Shown: positions 26,620-42,486 of the stretch, one piece after another
How the letters are laid out: each line of letters starts with the position of its first letter
Position numbering within the stretch: the stretch's first letter is position 1
Source of the DNA: Eledone cirrhosa
Lineage: Eukaryota
Assembly (NCBI GenBank): GCA_964016885.1
Contig: OZ024745.1
Span: forward strand, 33,976,001 to 34,040,000
Length of the DNA stretch: 64,000 nucleotides
Direction of reading: 5' to 3'
Made by a program: the position numbers and the translations under genes
The notes under the pieces: generated by a model
What the model saw: only the letters and a program-made list of their open reading frames with translations
Told to the model about the DNA's origin: nothing
Database searches by the model: none

Positions 26620-27060
26620 AGTGCTGGGCCCATGGTACCATGTGAGGACAAGTGCAGAGAGATCTCCAGATATAAAGCAATGCCTGTGCCGTGAAGCTTT
26701 TATAGTGAGCAAAGGCACTGCACAAAGCCAGTCCCACTCTCTTAACCAAGATGATATTTACCAAAAAGAAGAACAAGTCAACATCATTGGATACCATCAG
26801 GGTTGCAGGTGTTATATCAGAGTTTTCCTTCTCCTAGAATTCTGCCTTGACAAAGGCTAAGGGGTCATCTCTCCCGGTGATTTTGGATGGCCATTGACTC
26901 TTAAGAGCTCCTTAGCCCTTTGACAGGTTTTGTTTTTAGTCCTGCAGGATGTCCAAAATCACCCTCCTCACCAAGAAACCTTGGTGGGGTTGCCAGTTTA
27001 GTCGCCAACGACCCGACCATGAGACAGGTTGTACTGGGATACATGTTACCAGTAGCACCA
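26620..27060 (-). mobile_element. Probable RTE-type LINE/SINE 5' UTR fragment
   Basis: Minus ..ttagcctttgtcaaggcag..ctaggagaaggaaaactctg resembles RTE 5' UTRs as I recall them; HDV-like motif at its 5' end. Confidence 0.45.
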
Positions 27061-27090
27061 CATATATATTTACATATATATATACATATA

Positions 27091-27169
27091 TAAGTAGAAG
27101 TTGTATTTAATTTGTTGAGAGTCCGTCAAACTTAAGTGTTTATAACTGATTTAGAGCACTCAACAGTTA
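27091..27169 (-). mobile_element. Family B tail fragment
   Basis: Reverse complement of ~25294-25371; in (AT)n. Confidence 0.85.
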
Positions 27170-27173
27170 TATA

Positions 27174-27303
<130 letters not shown>

Positions 27304-27343
27304 AATGTATATATGTATATATGTATATATATATATATATGTA

Positions 27344-27398
<55 letters not shown>

Positions 27399-27417
27399 TT
27401 AAATGCGTCAAAAGTCC

Positions 27418-27455
<38 letters not shown>

Positions 27456-27683
27456 GTAATAGGTCGAAATAACCTTTCTAGCCTTTTTCCATGGGACACG
27501 TTATGACACATCACTTTTCACTCAATGGATAATAGATTTTTTCTGTGCCCACACACGTGCACACGCACGCGCATATCTATCCTTTTCTCTCTCTCTACTC
27601 ACTATCTCTCTCTTTATTCTCTCTCTATGTATATATTTATATTTAAACACATAAAAATACATACAATTTATGCACACATACTT

Positions 27684-27746
<63 letters not shown>

Positions 27747-27824
27747 ATGCACTTTCACAATCCGACAGGCACACACATACACACACAAATTTAAGTATGA
27801 GCTAGAGCCAAACATTCGTACCTT

Positions 27825-27891
<67 letters not shown>

Positions 27892-27902
27892 TATGTATTT
27901 AT

Positions 27903-28076
27903 AGAGTCTGCAGTGCTGAGACTAGGGAGACCCACTAATTATGGGAGTACTCAATGCATGGGTGGAGAGATGTAGAGTGGCTATAAGGAGATGCAGTATT
28001 CTGACCGCGGCGCCAAACGGTTACGGCTTGTGTCGAAATGCTTGGCGCTGCGATCGGGATTTTACATATCTCTATA
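27903..28076. mobile_element. Diverged family C-like fold-back fragment
   Basis: gagtactcaat..gtagagtgg; ctgaccgcggcgccaa / ttggcgctgcgatcgg; GAAAtgcttggcgctgcgaTCggg. Confidence 0.5.
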
Positions 28077-28078
28077 TG

Positions 28079-28177
<99 letters not shown>

Positions 28178-30208
28178 GTGTGTATATATGTATGTGTGTG
28201 AGTGTGTGTGATTACATAGCCCTAGACTTTAAAACACCAGTACTGGAGGTTTGTACGATTGACTAAAATCATTTGAAGGCGGTACCAGTTTATGACCATA
28301 GTTTAAAATTTGAAACTAGTAAATGACAAGAATAAAAAAGAAATATTCGTACCTTAGGTTTTATACAAGTTTATTAATGGTCATACAGGTGTCACGCAAC
28401 AGCCAAGAATTGATGGATATGTAACTGAAAACAATTCAATCTACTAACATCAACTACACACAAGAACCGCTGAATCTACATAAAACTTGTAAACGGGTTG
28501 CGTTGTTGTTGACTGTTTTGATTTATTCATTCATTTATTTGTTCTACATAACAGCTGTCTCCTTTTGCAGACTTCCTGCTGGGTTTGGTTTATTTCTGTA
28601 ATCGGCAAGCAATCCTTTAGGAATACTCATAAATTATTACCAACAAGATTTTGAAACAAATCGATAGGTAGCGGAGTCCATTTTAGTCCAGCACAGTTAA
28701 CACATTATTGATTAGATTGCTCTTTTATGGGAAGAGCCGTGTAGAAAACTTTGGAATATTATTATTTATATGTAGAGGCAGGCATTATATCTCATTGTTT
28801 ATGAAGATTATTATGCAAAGATACCGATAGAGAATGAATCTCTATGTATTCACTTATCAGACTAGAAATGGCAAAGCAATCTCTCTCGAATTCAGCGGTT
28901 CCAAGTCGTTTCACTACCAAAGATCTCATTTACTTAAACGCATTTTTCAACACTCCTCCGTTACAACTGCTTCCATCCCAGACACTGATTGTAGCAATTG
29001 AAAAAGAGATATGCTTAAATTTAGTGAATATGAGATAACCGATACCATGTGCGTAGTATGTTCTTAACAAAATACTTGGAATTTTGAACTTACAAGAGTC
29101 GGCTGAAAAGTCTCTTGGAATGACCAAATGAGTCCCTGGATAAAAATAATGCAGTTATTGATAAGAAGATCGAAATTAATGTGTACTAGATTTCACAGCT
29201 CTAGCATCACTCTTTTGGAGTCAGCCTATGGAAATTCCAAACCCCCTTTCCTAACTCACGCATCCCAATATTATCTTTGCGAACCTCTAAAGGTCCTTCA
29301 ACTTCTGGATGGGAACTGCTGCTTTTATTACAATCTACTGTTTTAAAAAGAGAAAAAATGGGAAAAGTATTCTGTTATTGTTTTAGCCTGTTACTAATTC
29401 CAGCCATTAGCCTGCGGCCATGTTGGGGCACCATCTGAAGCGAATTTATTCGGTCAAATAGCCTCCGGTACATTTTACTTATGTTAGCGATCGCTTTTAT
29501 GTCGAACATTTAAGTTAGAGGACATAAATGCAGACACACAGTTAGACATAGACATGTACACCTCCCTTCCATTCAAACACACATACTTATGTGTGTGTGT
29601 ACGACCGGCTTCTGTCGTCCCCGTCTACTAAATTCCACTCACAAGTCATTAGTCAATCCCAATCTACACCAAGAAATATTTGCCCAACATGAGGAATGTT
29701 TTCAACTCTGAAGCCAGCGCCAGGTGATGGTGAAGCGGACCATTTAAGCATACTCAATAATTTTAACTCCGCAATCAGTTGATATTTAAATAATTACGAA
29801 TAAAAATCAAATTTATATTCGAGGATTGAATAATTAAATAGTGAGAAAAATATTTTTTTCTTGGCCGTAGACCGAATCATTTCAGAACGTTTTAAAAACT
29901 ACCACTTGAAAGTTAGCCAGTTGCTTACTCCCTTGCTACTCCGCATCTTATGCTAATAGTAGATTTATACACATGGAAGATTTGGTTGTAAATATTTAAT
30001 CTGTATATTCTTCAAGCAAAACAACAACTGTCTTGGTTCTGTCCCTATGGAGAGGCTTTCGAACAATATATAAACATTAATTATTGTTTACTTGCTTGGA
30101 AATTATCCACATCTGGACAATCAATAAATGTAATAATCGTGTTGGGAAATACTTTATCATTACTCTGCTCCTCGACATGTATATATATATATATATATGC
30201 ACATATAT

Positions 30209-30251
<43 letters not shown>

Positions 30252-30398
30252 CTATATATTACACATATATATGCATTTCAAACAGCTGATGATGGGGTAA
30301 GGGTGTCTATTTATGTACGTCAGTTCAAAGAAAAATAGATAAAAGTACACAATTAGAATAAATCTATTTTTAAATTGCCAGTGTCTATTATTAACTAA

Positions 30399-30777
<379 letters not shown>

Positions 30778-31053
30778 ATAGAAGGAACTTCTACAGGACT
30801 AGTACTGTTTCATTCAGATGAAATCTTCATATATATATATGGAGTTAGTTCCACAACAAATTAGAAAACCATATTCGAGGAGGCGTGTTTTACCAGGGGG
30901 ATATTCAACCTGTGTATGGCTGCTGTGAGAACGGAATTCCATATGAGCTGGCTGGATCCTGCGCAGCAGATGACGGTAGTTTGATGACATGGGAGACAAT
31001 TCAAATTAGACTGTATACATATAACTGAAAACATCCACACAAGCAATAACTCC

Positions 31054-31124
<71 letters not shown>

Positions 31125-31213
31125 GCGTACTTATCTAGTTGAAGTTTAAATTCCAATGAAAGATTCGTATCACTATGTCAGAAATAGACTTACTATTGGT
31201 GAAACATTTTAAA

Positions 31214-31565
31214 ATAATTGTTTCTACTTTTGGCACAAGGCCAGCAATTACCCAGTACATTACTGGTACTTTATTTTATCGACCCCGTAAGGATGAAAGG
31301 CAAAGTTAACCTTAGAGCGATTTGAACTCAGATCATAAAGGGACGTAACTGTAAAATAATTATTTCTGATTTGAGGCACAAGGTCAACAATTTTGGTGGG
31401 AGGAGAAAGTCGCTTAAATCGACCCCAGTTCGTTACTGGTAGAATTTTATCGACGCCGTAAGGAGGAAAGACAAAGCTAACCACGACGGTATTTGAACTC
31501 AGAGCGTAAATGGCCGTAACTATATGCCGCAAAACACGTCCGACGTTCTATCGATATTGCCAATT
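31214..31565 (-). mobile_element. Two tandem SINE copies
   Basis: Tail taattgtttctacttttggcacaaggcc; core and B-box each occur twice. Confidence 0.85.
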
Positions 31566-33305
31566 CATACATATACCCCTACACACACACACACACATAT
31601 ATATATAGAGATAGATAATACATGTGTCTGAGTTTGTGTGTACGTTTGTGAATGTATGTGTATTTATGTGATTCCGTGTCCGTGTATGTGTAACGGTGTA
31701 AAATAGGTTTTGTTTGAAAATCACAATTATGCGATTCGATAAATGTACATTGCTAAAATAAGTATCAGATTAAAATAAGAACTGGGTTCTATATCATCAA
31801 CTAAAAAAAAACAAAAAAACTGAAGGCAGTGTTCCAACATGGCTGTTGTCCAATAACTGAACAATAAAAAGAATTAAAGAATATATATAGCGAGAATTAA
31901 TAGAATGTGGATCAGAGAGTAAGGCCCATTAACAAATGTCGCTATAGTGGTAGAGGAAGCAGATATATTTGGATGAATGGTAGATAGTAAGTTTAATCAA
32001 GAGTAACTGGAAGACTTCATTAAGGTAGAGAAGCAAGTGTGGGTTAGAGTGGAATCTAAATATATAGAAGCATCACCTTTCGGAGTGAAGTTTGAATGAA
32101 ACTTGTCTGGATGACAAAGAAGCATTATAGATAAGTTTTGAGAAATAGGGTGTATGAGTTGTTAGTAAGAGGCAATAAATGGAGAATAGGTTGAATCGGG
32201 ACGAATTAATTAATTAAATTTTTGGAATATAGGGAAATGTAGAGGATGTCAAGGAACCGTGAAGTTACTACAGCCTTTTGTCAGAAGTCTGGTTCGAATT
32301 TTTGCAACAGAGCTAGCTCCGTTAAAGACACCCATGGCTCATGTAGCTATATTAAACCGGAAAGTGTCTGACCTTATCACCGAAAAGAGTAAACACCGTT
32401 AAAGGCAAACATAACCGAGATGGCGGTGTTAAACCGCGTTTCGGAGTATGTCTATCACCAAAGTGCAAACGCCACTACCATGGGTCAGGCTGTAGCGTTA
32501 ATCCGGACTACCACACAAAATGTGCTTAACGCTCAAAATATTATTTCAAATGATAGTTTCTTAATTTTCTTTCAAAATATTTCCATAACTTCCTACAATT
32601 AAATGATCTGATTTCTATGTCTATCTTAAAGCGAAGAAATCAATATGCCTTTATATCTCAGACAGATAATAATCTTTATCGACTTAGACAATTTTTTTAC
32701 TTCTATAAACAATTCGAACAAATGACTTATGAACTTACTAAGTGTAGAGCATTTTGCTGTGTACACATATTTTACTGCAATAGACAAACTAATTATATAT
32801 ATAATCGTACTTTGGCTCCATTTGATCATGGTTTATGGGAAAAACTTAATGAGAGAACAAGTACAAGAAACAGACTAGCTATTTTATATCATCAGGTTCG
32901 AAATATCTGCCTCTTACATTAAATTGTGATGGTTTGATAAATCATATTGAAATTCTTTGTACCGTGCAACATTTCCATTGTGATTTTAATTATGGTATGT
33001 CATTTTATCTTCCTCAATCTTTCTGGCGTCGTCTCCACCCAAGTCACCTTCACCATTTCAATATGTCTCTGATTGGCAGAGGTAATTTTATCGTCTGAAG
33101 GCAATAAATTGGCGAAGTTTTTAGAACGTCGGATTGAATACTTTGCCGCATTCGTTCTCGTTCTCTGCGTTCTGAATTCAAATCTTACCGGGATTACCTT
33201 TGCCTTAAATCTTTTAATATTTTTGATGTCGATAAATAAAGTACTAGTCCAGAACTAGAGTCATTTCTTTCTCTATATCTATTTCTAATGTTCCTTCTCC
33301 CCCTC

Positions 33306-33386
<81 letters not shown>

Positions 33387-35305
33387 ATATTTCTTTCCCA
33401 TTCGTTCTCTTTCTCTCTCTCTCTCCCTCTCCCTGAGAAAAAAAAGGATGCGTTGAAACATTGAGGGAGACGGGCTCCATCAGGTTTAAAATACCGTATG
33501 TTATGATGGCGTCCTTACGACTCTGTCAGAAGTTATGGGTCCACGACGTGACAGTTCGTTACTCTTCGTCTCTATTTAAGCCACTGCAACAGCTTCATTG
33601 TGCCTTTGATCAATTAATCTTAACATTTTCCGCTCGTTTAGCTTTGGGTTCAACCGAGTCACCCCAAACATACTTCTCCCTCTCGTCACCAATACAGTAC
33701 CAGTCTTGGGGAAACAATCTACTGACTAAATCCCTATGATGCCACATGGATCATCAGACAGTTGCTTTTATGTTTTATAAAGTAAATATCCTACATGTAA
33801 AGGATAACAAAAACCTGTTTATAAATATTTGAAAGGCCGTTAGCTAAATCAGTCCAAAGATATAATGAGGATGGGTTATCCGTCGGTTTCGATGATTAGC
33901 ATTAATTTGTTCGATCAACTGAACGTCCAACTCAATTAACGTATACACACACGTGTACTCTTAATTTAGTTCATAAACCGATCAGTTTGACACAATATCG
34001 GATAAGGCTGAAATTGTGAATTCCAACTACAACCCATCTGACGGGCTTCTAAACAGATGTCTAAATAATTTCATTCCCAATCCTCGGCAACTTCAGGCTA
34101 TGATAAACACAATGGGATCGAAGCGGACTCATCATGATTGTGAAGCGAACTTTTTAACCATTCAGCCATGTTTACGTTACATGGACAATGAGGCAATGAG
34201 TGCTGATCATATAAATTAGCCTCATTAATGTTTTATAAAGTAAATATCTTACATGTAAATGATAAAAATATCTGTGTTTATGAATATCATTGATTTGTAT
34301 ATTGTTTAATCAATTCCATGATAAATTATTTAACAGCCCGCTATTTATTGCAGATTCCTGCTTAGCTTTATAAAAGATGTATAATTTATAGTGAAAAGCG
34401 TTTTCAGCAACCTTATCGTTGTCACTTCAATGAGTTCAACTATATGTCATAGAGATATCAATGAGTGAAGTTACCGTAACTGGTGCAGCAAGTCGTTTGG
34501 GTACAAGTTTTGGACGTTGCATTGGTGTACGGCGTATCGCGGTCTCGGCAACTTAAACCTGTAGGAGCCCATCCCTTTCCACGTCAGACTATTTCTTTCA
34601 GAGATAGTGAGAGAGGTGAGAGAGAGAGAGACAAGAAATAGAGGGAGATAGAAAGAGAGGGAGATAGATGGCGAGGAGAGGGGAAGGCTAAAATTGACTC
34701 CAGTATAGGACTGCTAATTTACTTATCGATCCCTGAAATATGAAAGGCAGTATTGACGTCGGTGCGATTTGGAATCACAACACTGAGAGAAGTGGAAAGA
34801 ATCAGGCGAAACTTTCTTAATCTACGTTCTAACAACTCTGCCAATTCAGCGCCACTCCCGAGCAGTAATAGCTGCCTGCGTGCCTGAAATATATTGGTTG
34901 GAGTCTGTTCAATCACATACACTATTCCTTACTTGATTACGCTAAGCTATTACTTATACATTTTTACAATAACCAAGAAGATATTATTAAATGGAAAACT
35001 ACTTGGTTATTTAAAGTTTCTTTCCCTCACCCAATTCTCACTCTCTTTCTCTCTCTATGTATATCTAACTCTCCTCTCTTTTTATATTACTCTCTGCATC
35101 AATCTTTTACTAACACATAAGGCCACACACACACACACACACACACACCAGACACATATATACACTCAGCAAACAAAAGAAGTATGAAGGAAACAAAAAT
35201 GGTGTATCATACATAAAGAAACGAAATGGAGAAAAATGATTCACCTATTTATATTTATGTAAACACACACACGCTCATACGTGCATATATATATATATAT
35301 ATATA

Positions 35306-35409
35306 TAGCAAAATGTTAGACCCCGACAGCAGAGCTCAAGCCGTTTCGACGGCTATTTCTGAAATCTGGTGCGTTATGGTCCATCTGGTTCCTTTCCACA
35401 CCCCCTTCG

Positions 35410-35412
<3 letters not shown>
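35306..35412. mobile_element. Family C fragment
   Basis: gaccccgacagcagagctcaagccgtttcgacggctatttc joined to tggtgcgttatggtccatctgg..ttcgtta; (AT)n flanks. Confidence 0.8.
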
Positions 35413-35444
<32 letters not shown>

Positions 35445-35450
<6 letters not shown>

Positions 35451-35495
35451 TTTGTATATATATAGCCTCATTAAATATATATATGTGTTTGTATA

Positions 35496-35544
<49 letters not shown>

Positions 35545-35585
35545 TCTGTATATATATAGCCTCATTAAATATATATATGTGTTTG

Positions 35586-35656
<71 letters not shown>

Positions 35657-35712
35657 TATATTTGTTTTTGTATATATATAGCCTCATTAAATATATATAT
35701 GTGTTTGTATAA
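35445..35712. repeat. Three tandem copies of a ~53-bp unit separated by variable (AT)n
   Basis: tttgttt(t/c)tgtatatatatagcctcattaaatatatatatgtgtttgtataat x3. Confidence 0.9.
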
Positions 35713-37849
35713 TATATATATATATATATATGAATGCACACACATATATATATATATATATATTGTGTGTGTGTGTGTGTGTGTCTGTGTACATATGTGC
35801 ATATATACTCTTATGAATGCGTATGTGCGTACATACGTACGTTAATATTTGAGGAAAAAAACTAAAAAAAACAAAAAAGGAAAAACAAAAAGAAAAGAAA
35901 ATAATTATTACGTATATATTGGATGTACCATAGGTTGCATATAACAATGGTATTATTGATCTCTAACATCGACACAAGCCATATATGACACTAATAATAT
36001 TGCACTCGACTCAATCACCTTCTGCTCCATCTGTATCTTTCTAAACTAGAAAAGCCTGAGATACGGGAGCAATCGATTTTATTAACATCAGTGCATGTCT
36101 GGTTACGTACTATATTAACAGAAGGTGGGTGGTTTGGTGGTTAGGTTGTTTAGCTCAAAATCGTGAGTTCGATTCTCGACGGCTTTGTGTTGCTAGAGAG
36201 AACGTAAACCAGAATATACATTGCAAAGTATTTTGTCCGACACTCAAACCAGTGTGCCAATTCACCACCCTAATACATTAAATGTAATAATTTGAAAGTT
36301 ATTGAGAGAACATTATCAATTCTTAAATTCAACCATCTTTAATACTAAGCTGATCTCTCGGAGTTTAAACGCCGAGAATATATAATTAATATAAATGATG
36401 ATGGGCTAATGCACAGAAATGCTATAAAATAGCTTATAAAGTAAGATGAAGACCCTTAACAGACGGGAAAAGAAGTTGTCATCGGCCGCTATGAGGAATC
36501 CCATATTTTAAAGATACTTGGTATCTAGGTAATATGGAGTTCAATTCCTCATAGCGGCCGATGGAAGAGGGAACTAGGATTCGATCGTCAGATCGGAACA
36601 AGCAAGCTGTGTTTCCATAGGTCTTGCTATTGCTGACACTATCTGCTGGTCGCAACTCTTGACAAAAGTGTCACCGCTTTTTCGGTAACATGTGGTGGGA
36701 TTTGAAGTCAGAACTCATAGAACCGGAGCAGATAACAAAAAACATCACTTAAACAATTTCGGTAATCTATTACAACTTTGGATTACTACTTCGTTTATCA
36801 ACCCAGAATGGATTAAAGGTATAGTTCACCTCAGCAGGGTTTGATCTCAGAGCGCAGTGAGCTGGAATAAGTAGCGAGACAAGGATTCTGTCGGAGGGCT
36901 AAAGGTAAAGTAATTAAACCTTCGTTGGTTTCGACGATGCGTCACCCAGTAGTTAGACTAACAGAAGAGTCTGCTCGTGAACTGAGCGTACAAGCGATTG
37001 GGTTTCCAAAGATACGTGTGCCTTTAACGTAATTCTCAGGGAGACTCAGAGTGAGATAGTACGTGATAAGACTGTTAATTTGAATTACAAGTACAACTCA
37101 TGTTTTCTAGCTCACTTGACTGGAATGATGTGAAATAAAGTTAAGTGTTTTACTCAAGAACAGAACACACCACCGTATGGCTTTTGTATTTTTTCACAGA
37201 ATGTATTGAATAAATTTCAGAGTTTGACAAGCATCTTGATCTGATATCGTGTATTGAAAGTAAAACAGTCACATATTGGAAGGTTTATTTTAGCCATTTA
37301 AATTGCACATAAAGAGTGTTAACTTCTAATATCAGAGAGCAGGAGGCAAAGAATGCAGTGAATATTTTGACACCACTAAGAAAAGGTTTTTGGGTGTTTT
37401 TTGAATGGCTAAAATGATATTTTCACAAGTGAATAAATTCTTATGGCAGAACTCATATCTGAGCTATCCAAGATATATTGCAGGTTTTTTTCTATATGGG
37501 CTCTAACACCCGACTTGGAAATGATAGATAACATGTGCACCAGTTTCTACAAATAGGAATGCTCGCAGTGGTTCATTTGTCATTATAAATCAGCTAAATC
37601 TAGTAGCATGAAAACCTCCATGAAATACGAAATGAATCACAATGAAAATAAATGGCTACCTAAAATATGCTGTGAGAGTGAGAGAAAGAGAGAGAGAAAG
37701 TAAAAAGAAATGGAACATTTTGCTAGTTTTTAATAATTGTTTTTATTCTTCTCTGATTTATTGTGTGTTACCAGTGCCTGATTATATCAATTAAGGGACC
37801 TGAGGTGGAAAACATTTGCAGCTCCTACTAACTGCTCGCAAGAACCATA

Positions 37850-38035
37850 ATTGTTTCTATTTTTGGCACAAGGCCAACAATTATCCCAGTGTATTACTGG
37901 TACTTTATTTTATCGACCTCGTAAGGATGAAAGGCAAAGTTAACCTCGGCGGGATTTGAACTCAGACCATAAAGGGCCGTAACTCTTCGCTGCAAAGCAT
38001 GACGTCCGACCCTCTACCGATACTACCAATCCATC
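37850..38035 (-). mobile_element. Young SINE with 16-bp TSD
   Basis: tcgcaagaa(c/a)cataat at 37836-37851 and 38034-38049. Confidence 0.9.
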
Positions 38036-38606
38036 GCAAGAAACATAATGAAACTTATAAGTAAATGAATATAAGCATACATGTAGAATGATGCTGAAAT
38101 CCCTGCACCGACCCATGCCTACTTTTGGAATAAATGTGACACCAAAAGAAAAAAAGTTGTATTTAATAATAATTATAATCTAAATTTTAACACGTATGTT
38201 ATGTTTGATAGTTATAGTTTAATATACATTTTATTATTTTAAAATGGGTTTGTCTCTTCTGGACTATGAGCCCCTGGACAGCAGCCCACTCAGCACATAT
38301 GTAGATCCAGTATTCTGTGTGTTATATAATTTTATTTATACACACACTCACCTTTAGAGGTGTACACATAATTCTCTCTGTTAGTTATTGTATATCAAAT
38401 GCATCTATCATATCTCAACTTTCTTTTTCTTTCCGTTTTTTTTCTAATTGTCTACTTTAACTTGCTCCTTGTCCTACTCTGTTGTTTACCCCCCCCCCCT
38501 ACCCAGACCTGTCAACTTTCTCTAATTAAAGTAATACGTATCTCCTCTATTTCTCCCACACAATTCCCAGAATTTTCGGAGCATGGCTATGAATATAAAG
38601 TCTTTC

Positions 38607-38700
<94 letters not shown>

Positions 38701-39876
38701 TTATATATTCACACATATATGTATATATATACGACGCACAATTTCTGCCTACCGAATTTCTTCCAGGAGGTTATAGTGAAGGAACATAACCTCTAACCAT
38801 CCCCTACAAGCGTCATTTACATACAGCGTAGATATCTCACGTCCATCCTGTACATAGTTAGAGAGAAGCAAATCTGGTGTTATCTTTGCATTTCATTCTT
38901 TTCCGGGGTCGATGAATAAATTCCCACCTCAGTACTGGGGTCTATTCTTCCACAATATCTCTTTCTGTGTCAGAAATCGGCTGCGTTTAGACCTGGGAAA
39001 TAATGGGTTCCGTCAGTTTTATATTTCTCATAACGGCGCCCAGGAGTTAAAGGTGCACGGACAGCATGGTTGTCTACATAGATCACCAAGCGTGTTTATT
39101 TGTATTGAACCATGCCTGTATATAACGTAATTTGCTTTCTTTGTGTGCTAGAATATGCTATTTCTCTGATTCTAGTCTTCTCACTTAGTATATTCATTAT
39201 TGCTGCATACATGTTCAACTATTATGCATGAAATGAAATATGAACAATTGATTCTACATATCATTCTGTTTCACAATTTCTTTCACTATGTACACCTATG
39301 TAAGGAATGAAAATTAACGTCTGCCTGAGAGGTTGTTGGCCAAATGAGTCCTTGTTTCAGCTTCGATTTCCAATGTCAAGATAAATGCAAAAGAACCATG
39401 ACTTGCCATTTCAATTTCCAATAACGCTAAAGATTCTTCCTAAGACAAGGCAATTAAATATGATTACTATATAGAAAGCAGGTTAGTTGCCATATTTGTT
39501 AGAGAATCAAACTGGTGTAGAAGCAATTTTGATTTTCAATTTTCAGAGAGGCGATAAAATATGTATCAATATTACATTCGCATCGATTTAATTAACTAAT
39601 ATCACACACACTTACAAAATATCTAATATTTACTCTAAAGGATTGTTTGTTAGTTTTTCTTGTTATCGAGACCAATGGGTGTTGGTGGTGGTGAAAATTA
39701 TAGGAGGAAACAAGATCTCGATAAGAATACTACTTTGTTAGGTGATAGAAACCTATAATTGAATATCTGGTAACTTAGTTTTAGTATTCTTTTTCTAAGG
39801 GTATATTGAGCACGGTATAGCTATTTGTAATTCACATAACAACAAGCTAGTATCACCCCCCCTCCCCACACACATA

Positions 39877-39948
<72 letters not shown>

Positions 39949-42433
39949 AAGAAAGACAAATATGCCTATGTAAAAGTACACACGCAAAAGGCGGGATGTT
40001 ATAACTCGGAGAAGGACGTCAGTTTCCGATATGAGGCGAGTTTTACGACCATTTTCAGAACTGTAATGGACGGTGTAGTGCTGCCTTTGGAACAACTGTC
40101 CTTGGGGATTTGATGTTTTTGATACTTGCTTTGCTGCTGTCGAACGCTCAGTTTTTCTTATAGTTAATGTGTGTGTACGTTTGGCTGTAGATGCATGGAT
40201 ACGGTCGGGTTTGTATGTCTTCTTCTGATTCGATAAACTCTGCAACAGATGAGGTAACTAGTGTCACTACCATTGCTAATATTGTTGTGTCGTTAACGAC
40301 CTATAAAACTTATATATTTCCAGCTATATTTGAAAATAATATAATTTCTTAAAAAAAGAATAGAATTTCTTAAAAAAATAAAGCGAACTTATCTGGCAAT
40401 TAACTTAGATATTTTTGATATTCACAAACGTTAGTTTATTGTGCCAGAAGAGATAATGAATCGCTGAATGCTTCAAAATATCTATCGACTAAACAGTGAT
40501 CGTTTGACGTCAATTGGTTTCGTAGCCAATAAACAATCGTTAGTAATTTACTGTAAATAATCTGTTTTTTATTGGTTAGTGGAAAAATTCTTGAAAAATA
40601 ACCCTTTGAGAAACAGGTTAATATCGACATTGGTTTTTTTTTATTTTAATAAATATCAATAAGACGTCTTTGAATTACATTTAATGGTTTACAAGCTTAG
40701 GAAAGATTGGCTTTTATCCAAACACTGCTATAAAGTATATCAGTGAAAAAACAGTGATCCTTCTTTCTTCTTTTAATAACTACCTTTGTTAGATGTTACA
40801 ATCATATTGTTAGTATTGGCCGTAAGTCACTCTTATGTGATGTCAAATGTTGCGACATATTCTCCGAGTGCCACCTTTATCGTTCCAGCCAGCTCAAAAC
40901 CCGGGCGACGTTACTCCAGCAAGGCAGACCAGCGAGAGTTGATCAGATATCAGACATTGACTGACGGATTCGTTTCTTTGCAGCAGTTTCCTTGAGACAT
41001 CCGGTGTCCTCGGTCCTCGTACTGCCGCTTTACATTGTAAAATCATAACGATGACATTCCACACACACGTGTACTCTTAATGTAATTGTTGGAGAGATTC
41101 AGCGTGACACATTGTGTGAGAGCAATGGCCTTTTCGATTATAGATGCAGTATATTCAATAGGATTCCAGTTTCCTTCTATCCTATGAGTATCAGTAGCAG
41201 GTTTAGGTTCCTGCTACGAACTGTTGTCTGCTCCAGGTGGGTAGAGCTTTTACATGATAGGACTGGTGCCCTATCATTAAATCACCATAAAAATCTCCTA
41301 TGAATTGTTACCTCGTAGGAGGCCAGCTAAAGGCACATAGCTCTGAGCTGTAACAGCAACAACAACAAGAGACAGCAAGAAATCAAACACCAGATCTATG
41401 GCGTTATTAGAGAGACAACTTTAGATTTTGGTCTGAGACTAAATAACAGTGGTAATTATTACAGAGGAAAGCAATATTAAAATATGAATTAAAGATGAAT
41501 ATAATGTAAAGCGATGAATTGGCTGAGTCATTAGGCAGCTAGATTAAATACGTTGGTATTTATTCCGGCTCAATGCCATCTGAGTTCATATTCTGCCTCT
41601 GTCATCTTTTCATTTCATCCTTTCGAGATTGATAAATAAAGTAACGGGGTTGAATTTTCCTATATTCCCCTTATATCTCCCTCCCCCCCTCTCTCTCTCA
41701 CTCACAGGCACACACGTTCTCACTTGAAGACGCTCTCAACGTCCTGAGGAGAGAGATGGGCGTCGCCAGGTTTAAAGTGTCTAAGGAATGTGTTAATTCT
41801 ACAGATTAGACAACTATGCTATGAACCAATCAAATTATTTTCCATTACGCCATCTCTTCTTCCACTGATTCCTAAAAAGATTCTAATTTTTGATTAGTGC
41901 AGATACCATCTACACAACTTGCTTAACTCGCCAACAAAATCATTCACATGAACATATATAAATAAACAAATGTAATATAGCAGTACTTTCTTTAAACGAA
42001 TCTTTTCTGATGATATGTACCAAACAAATTGATATCTAGTACGTGGATGTAATAAACATAATTGTTTTAGTCTAAACATAAGGACTAAAATCGAATGGGA
42101 AAGCTGATTATTTAAAATCTCTGGTACAGAATAATTGACGTTTTGAAAATTATTCTATCGTTTTCCGTAATAATTTCACCGTTTTCTAGTCATGTTATCT
42201 CAGTGAAGGTATAGGTGGAAAAATCTGATCGGATACAGGAATAAACACCTACGGAATTCTAATACACAGACAAGAACCTATACCAATAATTTTGCATCGA
42301 GTTCAAACAACTATTGGTAAGTCGCCTTAAAATTCCATTGTTCACACCAACATCCACCAACAACTGAAACTGATAACGAATAGTTAGTTGTGTAAAAGAA
42401 AATTTTCGAAAAGGAAAGCTACATTAGACATTA

Positions 42434-42486
<53 letters not shown>

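Noticed and set aside
30286-30345. CTGATGA in an inter-microsatellite island
   Set aside because: No matching stem II/GAAA/UH arrangement.
34475-34558. Apparent 84-nt phase-1 Cys-rich exon (GLSCRD..CTQTTCCTSY) on the minus strand
   Set aside because: The acceptor lacks a polypyrimidine tract and belongs to a repeated SINE-associated module; no partner exons. RNA-seq could overturn this.
40830-40910. Minus-strand PGFELAGTIKVALGE, resembling a quinone-oxidoreductase motif
   Set aside because: In-frame stops just upstream and downstream; no splice signals; likely chance.
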